Positions 16,912-20,000 of a stretch of DNA of 20,000 nucleotides are shown here, piece after piece. The stretch's first letter is position 1, and each line of letters begins with the position of its first letter. The notes beneath the pieces are model-generated. The model was not told the origin of the DNA. It saw nothing but the letters and a program-made list of their open reading frames with translations, and did not search any database. This DNA comes from an uncultured virus (IMG/VR IMGVR_UViG_3300032167_000098) (Duplodnaviria; Heunggongvirae; Uroviricota; Caudoviricetes), in the IMG/VR virus record IMGVR_UViG_3300032167_000098, positions 53,196 through 73,195 of that record; one strand, 5' to 3'. Made by a program: the position numbers and the translations under genes.

Positions 16912-17397
16912 TCATAGTGTTACTAAATCATCAAGAGGTACAACAGGTATTCCTTCCTGTTCTGCATATTCAATAGCTACTGGATTATTTGTGTGAAATA
17001 CACATCTAGGACAAAATGAAAATGCAGAATGTGCTATCTTGATTACGCTATCTGGAATAGTAACATCTGAAAGTTGATTGCAGTTAGAAAATACGTTACC
17101 GCCGATCACACTAACAAAATTCGGTACATCTACATGCGTAAGCTGTCTACAATTATAGAATGCTTGAAATCCTATATGTGTTAGTGCCTCAGGCAATGTT
17201 ATTGATTTTAACTGCACGCAATTTTGAAATGCAAAATCACGTATATCAGTTACATCTGCATCTATGTTGACTTGCTCCAAGTTAACGCAATTGTAGAACG
17301 CGTATTCTCGAATCACTTCTGTATTAACTACACGCACTTCAGTAAGTTGCATGCGCTCTGCATTTGATAATATTTGATCGGAATATTCAACAAACAT
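16912..17397 (-). CDS. BspA-type leucine-rich repeat protein (LRR_5)
   Basis: Repeated IxxxAFxNCxxLxxIxLP units. Confidence 0.9.
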   Translation of the reverse strand: MFVEYSDQILSNAERMQLTEVRVVNTEVIREYAFYNCVNLEQVNIDADVTDIRDFAFQNCVQLKSITLPEALTHIGFQAFYNCRQLTHVDVPNFVSVIGGNVFSNCNQLSDVTIPDSVIKIAHSAFSFCPRCVFHTNNPVAIEYAEQEGIPVVPLDDLVTL

Positions 17398-17443
17398 ATT
17401 TGATACTATCCTTCATTATTCAACAGTAGATACTGTATTTACT

Positions 17444-17752
17444 TTACACTTCGTGCAGTGTTCCGCCAACGAACACATACCATTTGAATTTACCATCTCC
17501 TTTGATGTCTATCAGCCACTCTCCGTCTTCGTTCTCATCTGCATAAGCATATAGAGGAACGCCCACGCTATCAAGAACATAAGCAACATTTGCAGCAACA
17601 TCTGCTTTATTATCATAGTCAGGGCCTTCCATATCATATCGCTCCTCATCTGCCCTATTCCACGTGATTGTAGGATCACCATAAATAGCATTACGTCTTC
17701 GTTGCGTAGCCGCTCTAATAGTGTGTTTTGGATGTACTACGAATTTTTTCAT
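17444..17752 (-). CDS. Hypothetical protein with basic leader (MKKFVVHPKHTIRAA), putative virion protein
   Basis: ORF; GAAAGG upstream favours the ATG at 17752 (alternative 17767). Confidence 0.7.
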   Translation of the reverse strand: MKKFVVHPKHTIRAATQRRRNAIYGDPTITWNRADEERYDMEGPDYDNKADVAANVAYVLDSVGVPLYAYADENEDGEWLIDIKGDGKFKWYVFVGGTLHEV

Positions 17753-17787
17753 TTTTTTTCCTTTCATAATAAAATATGTTCAAAATA

Positions 17788-17825
17788 TATTTAAGGTTCA
17801 ATAGTATACATAGTTAATAACGATT
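17788..17825 (-). promoter_or_regulatory. Putative phage promoter motif variants AACCTTAAATA and AATCGTTATT
   Basis: Both recurrent motifs present in a short intergenic region. Confidence 0.5.
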
Positions 17826-17829
17826 CACA

Positions 17830-19785
17830 TCATGTGATGTATTCCCATAGTATTGTACCAGAATCAAAAACTTGAACAAATCCATGTTCTTCCATTATTT
17901 GTTTTTCTGATTTTGAGAGATCAACATCTTCATCATGCAAAAATTGTTTTATGTTTTGCTTCTGAGCACTATATCTATGATAGCTTATATCAGTACGAGC
18001 ATCGACCCAAACGTATCCGGGATCTGATTTTCTTATTTCTGTGAAGCCCAACAACTTGTAAACATTTCCACGAGTATGCGCTCTATCTGAAAATGATCTA
18101 ACGCGTGCGGGTTGATATGTTCTTACAAAGTGTTTGAATAGTTTATCTGCCCCTCCGACTACAGAAGTATTTAACTTGTTGCAGAATCTAACAAGTTCCC
18201 AACAATCAGATAGATCTGTATTGTCTGTACCAATGCTTGAGCGCATCTTACCGAAGGTCATTACAGATACTAATTCATCGTTATAGAACAGCCCCAGTCG
18301 AATCGGTGAATTAGCATTACCTTGTCTGTGATTTGCATTCAAGAAGGAAGCGCAGTCTGATGCAGATACCTCTTTAATTTGACATTGACGTGCATACAGC
18401 TTATGTGTATTCTTACCGAGCAGATTTCTCAACATTGATACGATGATTTCTCGGCTGTATGTCCACTCTGAGCCAAATATATGAAATAAGAAAATACCTT
18501 GTGATTCACACATCTCTGTTTTCTTTTGATGATAGTTGTATTTGATCGGAGGCTCATTCCTTCCGAATGTGTTCATAGATGAATTATGAGTTGATGTCGG
18601 ATTGCACTCAATTCCTATTTTGTATTCCGGCAGATACAGATCCAATTCATACGGCGTGATAACACGATGTGTATTTCGTTCAATGTTCAGATTAGGATCA
18701 ATACTCAGCAGCGCGTTATAAACTTCATTCTCCATATATGAATAGACGTATGCAACCGCGTCTCGCATGTTATTATCTTCAAGTATTTGAGCTGTGCTTC
18801 CTTCAAATATTCCAATAGATGCAGCAAGTTGCCTCAATGTAGGTTTGATTACAAACTCTTCCGAAATATACTTGTGCGGATCTTTTCTAAATCGAATCAA
18901 GTTATCAATTTTTGATGGATCTGTCATACGAAGTTGTTTCCATTGTGCACTTTGAGAAAACCATCTAACTCCATACTTCTCTTGAAACGCTTGTTCTGTA
19001 TTTGCAACCCCTAAGTCAGATTGAAGAAAACACGTATTGCCATATCGAGCTAAACATGTTGCTCGTGTCTTTTCTTTTATTGCTTCGGATTGCATCGGAT
19101 TCTCATATCCGTATTTCTCTAACCAAGAGGTTCTTGCCGATTGATATATTTCGTCACTCTGATATGGATAGTGGACACCATAATGTGCAAACAGAGTCTC
19201 TTTAGACATCGCCCGGACCTCAGGATTCGCAAATGGTTCTCTATATCCTGTTTTTGTCTCATAAGTATTGTGAGCTTTTTCTCGGATCTCAGGAACGGCT
19301 AATACACAACTTTTTCCATATTTTTCTAAATTAGTTTCTTCAATAGACGCAATAACTCGTTCTTTATATTCTGAGTCTGCCCATTTCTCTGACATCGCAC
19401 GACGACTCTCCTCAGTCTGTGTATGCCAATCGCAGCCATACTTTTCGCGATTAGTTGTCTTAGCTTGTTCGACAACATTAGCATTCTGCATTGGATGCTC
19501 GGTACCAAAGCGCTGCAAATTAGTAGCTACAATCTTTGCTTGCACTTCTGAAGAACATGCAGGGGCTACACCACCGTACACTTTCATATTAGTAGCTTTA
19601 CGAACAGCAGCTTCACACGTCTTAGAACATGTGCGCTTGCGATCTTTCTCAGTTAATCGTGACCTCGGAATCTCAAACAACTTTCCACAATTGATACACT
19701 TGTCAAAGTGCTGCCCATTACAGAAACGCTGACGTCCTGTATTTGTTTCAAACTCCTTACCGCACAATTCGCACACCTTAATCAT
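17830..19785 (-). CDS. Hef-like free-standing endonuclease: Zn fingers + about 9 helical repeats + PD-(D/E)xK nuclease + Mom-like GNAT domain
   Basis: CxxC motifs; repeated T..xYGxxxPxQ units; SYME...ELDLYLP...IGIECN; FLNANHRQG...LVSVMTF...WELVRFC...GGADKLFKHF; clear paralogue of 13014..14864. Confidence 0.75.
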   Translation of the reverse strand: MIKVCELCGKEFETNTGRQRFCNGQHFDKCINCGKLFEIPRSRLTEKDRKRTCSKTCEAAVRKATNMKVYGGVAPACSSEVQAKIVATNLQRFGTEHPMQNANVVEQAKTTNREKYGCDWHTQTEESRRAMSEKWADSEYKERVIASIEETNLEKYGKSCVLAVPEIREKAHNTYETKTGYREPFANPEVRAMSKETLFAHYGVHYPYQSDEIYQSARTSWLEKYGYENPMQSEAIKEKTRATCLARYGNTCFLQSDLGVANTEQAFQEKYGVRWFSQSAQWKQLRMTDPSKIDNLIRFRKDPHKYISEEFVIKPTLRQLAASIGIFEGSTAQILEDNNMRDAVAYVYSYMENEVYNALLSIDPNLNIERNTHRVITPYELDLYLPEYKIGIECNPTSTHNSSMNTFGRNEPPIKYNYHQKKTEMCESQGIFLFHIFGSEWTYSREIIVSMLRNLLGKNTHKLYARQCQIKEVSASDCASFLNANHRQGNANSPIRLGLFYNDELVSVMTFGKMRSSIGTDNTDLSDCWELVRFCNKLNTSVVGGADKLFKHFVRTYQPARVRSFSDRAHTRGNVYKLLGFTEIRKSDPGYVWVDARTDISYHRYSAQKQNIKQFLHDEDVDLSKSEKQIMEEHGFVQVFDSGTILWEYIT

Positions 19786-19825
19786 AAGGTAACCTCCTTC
19801 ATTATATGTAATGTGTACATATACA

Positions 19826-19860
19826 TATAAGGTTAGAAATATCCATATTCTATAACGATT
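19826..19860 (-). promoter_or_regulatory. Putative phage promoter motifs AACCTTATA (19826-19834) and AATCGTTATA (19851-19860)
   Basis: Recurrent motifs upstream of the AAGGAGG RBS. Confidence 0.6.
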
Positions 19861-19863
19861 CTA

Positions 19864-19908
19864 CAAAAAAAAATAAAAAAAAGAAAAGCTCGCATTTTGT
19901 TGCGAGCT
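19864..19908 (-). terminator. Rho-independent terminator
   Basis: AGCUCGCA-ACAAAA-UGCGAGCU followed by a long U tract. Confidence 0.85.
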
Positions 19909-19966
19909 GAATTTTCTTTTACAATGTAACAAGAGGGTGAGAGATTCTTGTTTCTTTGTTGTGAGA

Positions 19967-20000
19967 TCAGAACGTGCCGAGGATCTTGCCAGATACGACC
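19967..20000 (-). CDS. 3' end of an upstream gene (...VVSGKILGTF*), possibly the major capsid protein
   Basis: Short open frame ending in TGA at 19967, followed by a strong terminator; the product is a guess from context only. Confidence 0.35.
   Translation of the reverse strand, partial: VVSGKILGTF

Noticed and set aside
1..20000. Alternative genetic code (stop-codon reassignment as in some large gut phages)
   Set aside because: Genes are full length and densely packed under code 11; TAA, TAG and TGA all end genes

Overview
A 20 kb segment of a large tailed (myovirus-like) phage genome, probably infecting a Firmicute (GGAGG-type RBSs, SleB-like hydrolase, RecU, BspA-type LRR protein). It uses the standard code and nearly all genes are on the minus strand. 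In transcription order: the 3' end of a probable structural gene (possibly major capsid), a Hef-like nuclease/Mom-like GNAT fusion, a small protein, an LRR protein, a nuclease-less paralogue on the + strand, a T4 gp19-like tail tube gene split by an ORF-less group IA2 intron, a second Hef-like fusion, a metallophosphoesterase, putative virion proteins including a gp13-like neck protein, a TM+GAF (T4 T-like) holin candidate, a cell-wall hydrolase, a NUMOD1 protein, a HARP-SNF2 helicase, a cluster of small acidic proteins, RecU, a holin, and, after a terminator, small hypothetical genes. The main observations are: (1) the tail-tube intron, whose guide sequence predicts a non-canonical G 5' splice site; (2) three Hef/Mom-like paralogues around that intron; (3) a shared basic N-terminal [VI]x[AS][AS] leader on unrelated proteins; (4) two strand-specific phage promoter motifs (ACCTTNTATA and AATCGTTATA). 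All calls come from reading motifs by eye; no searches were run.
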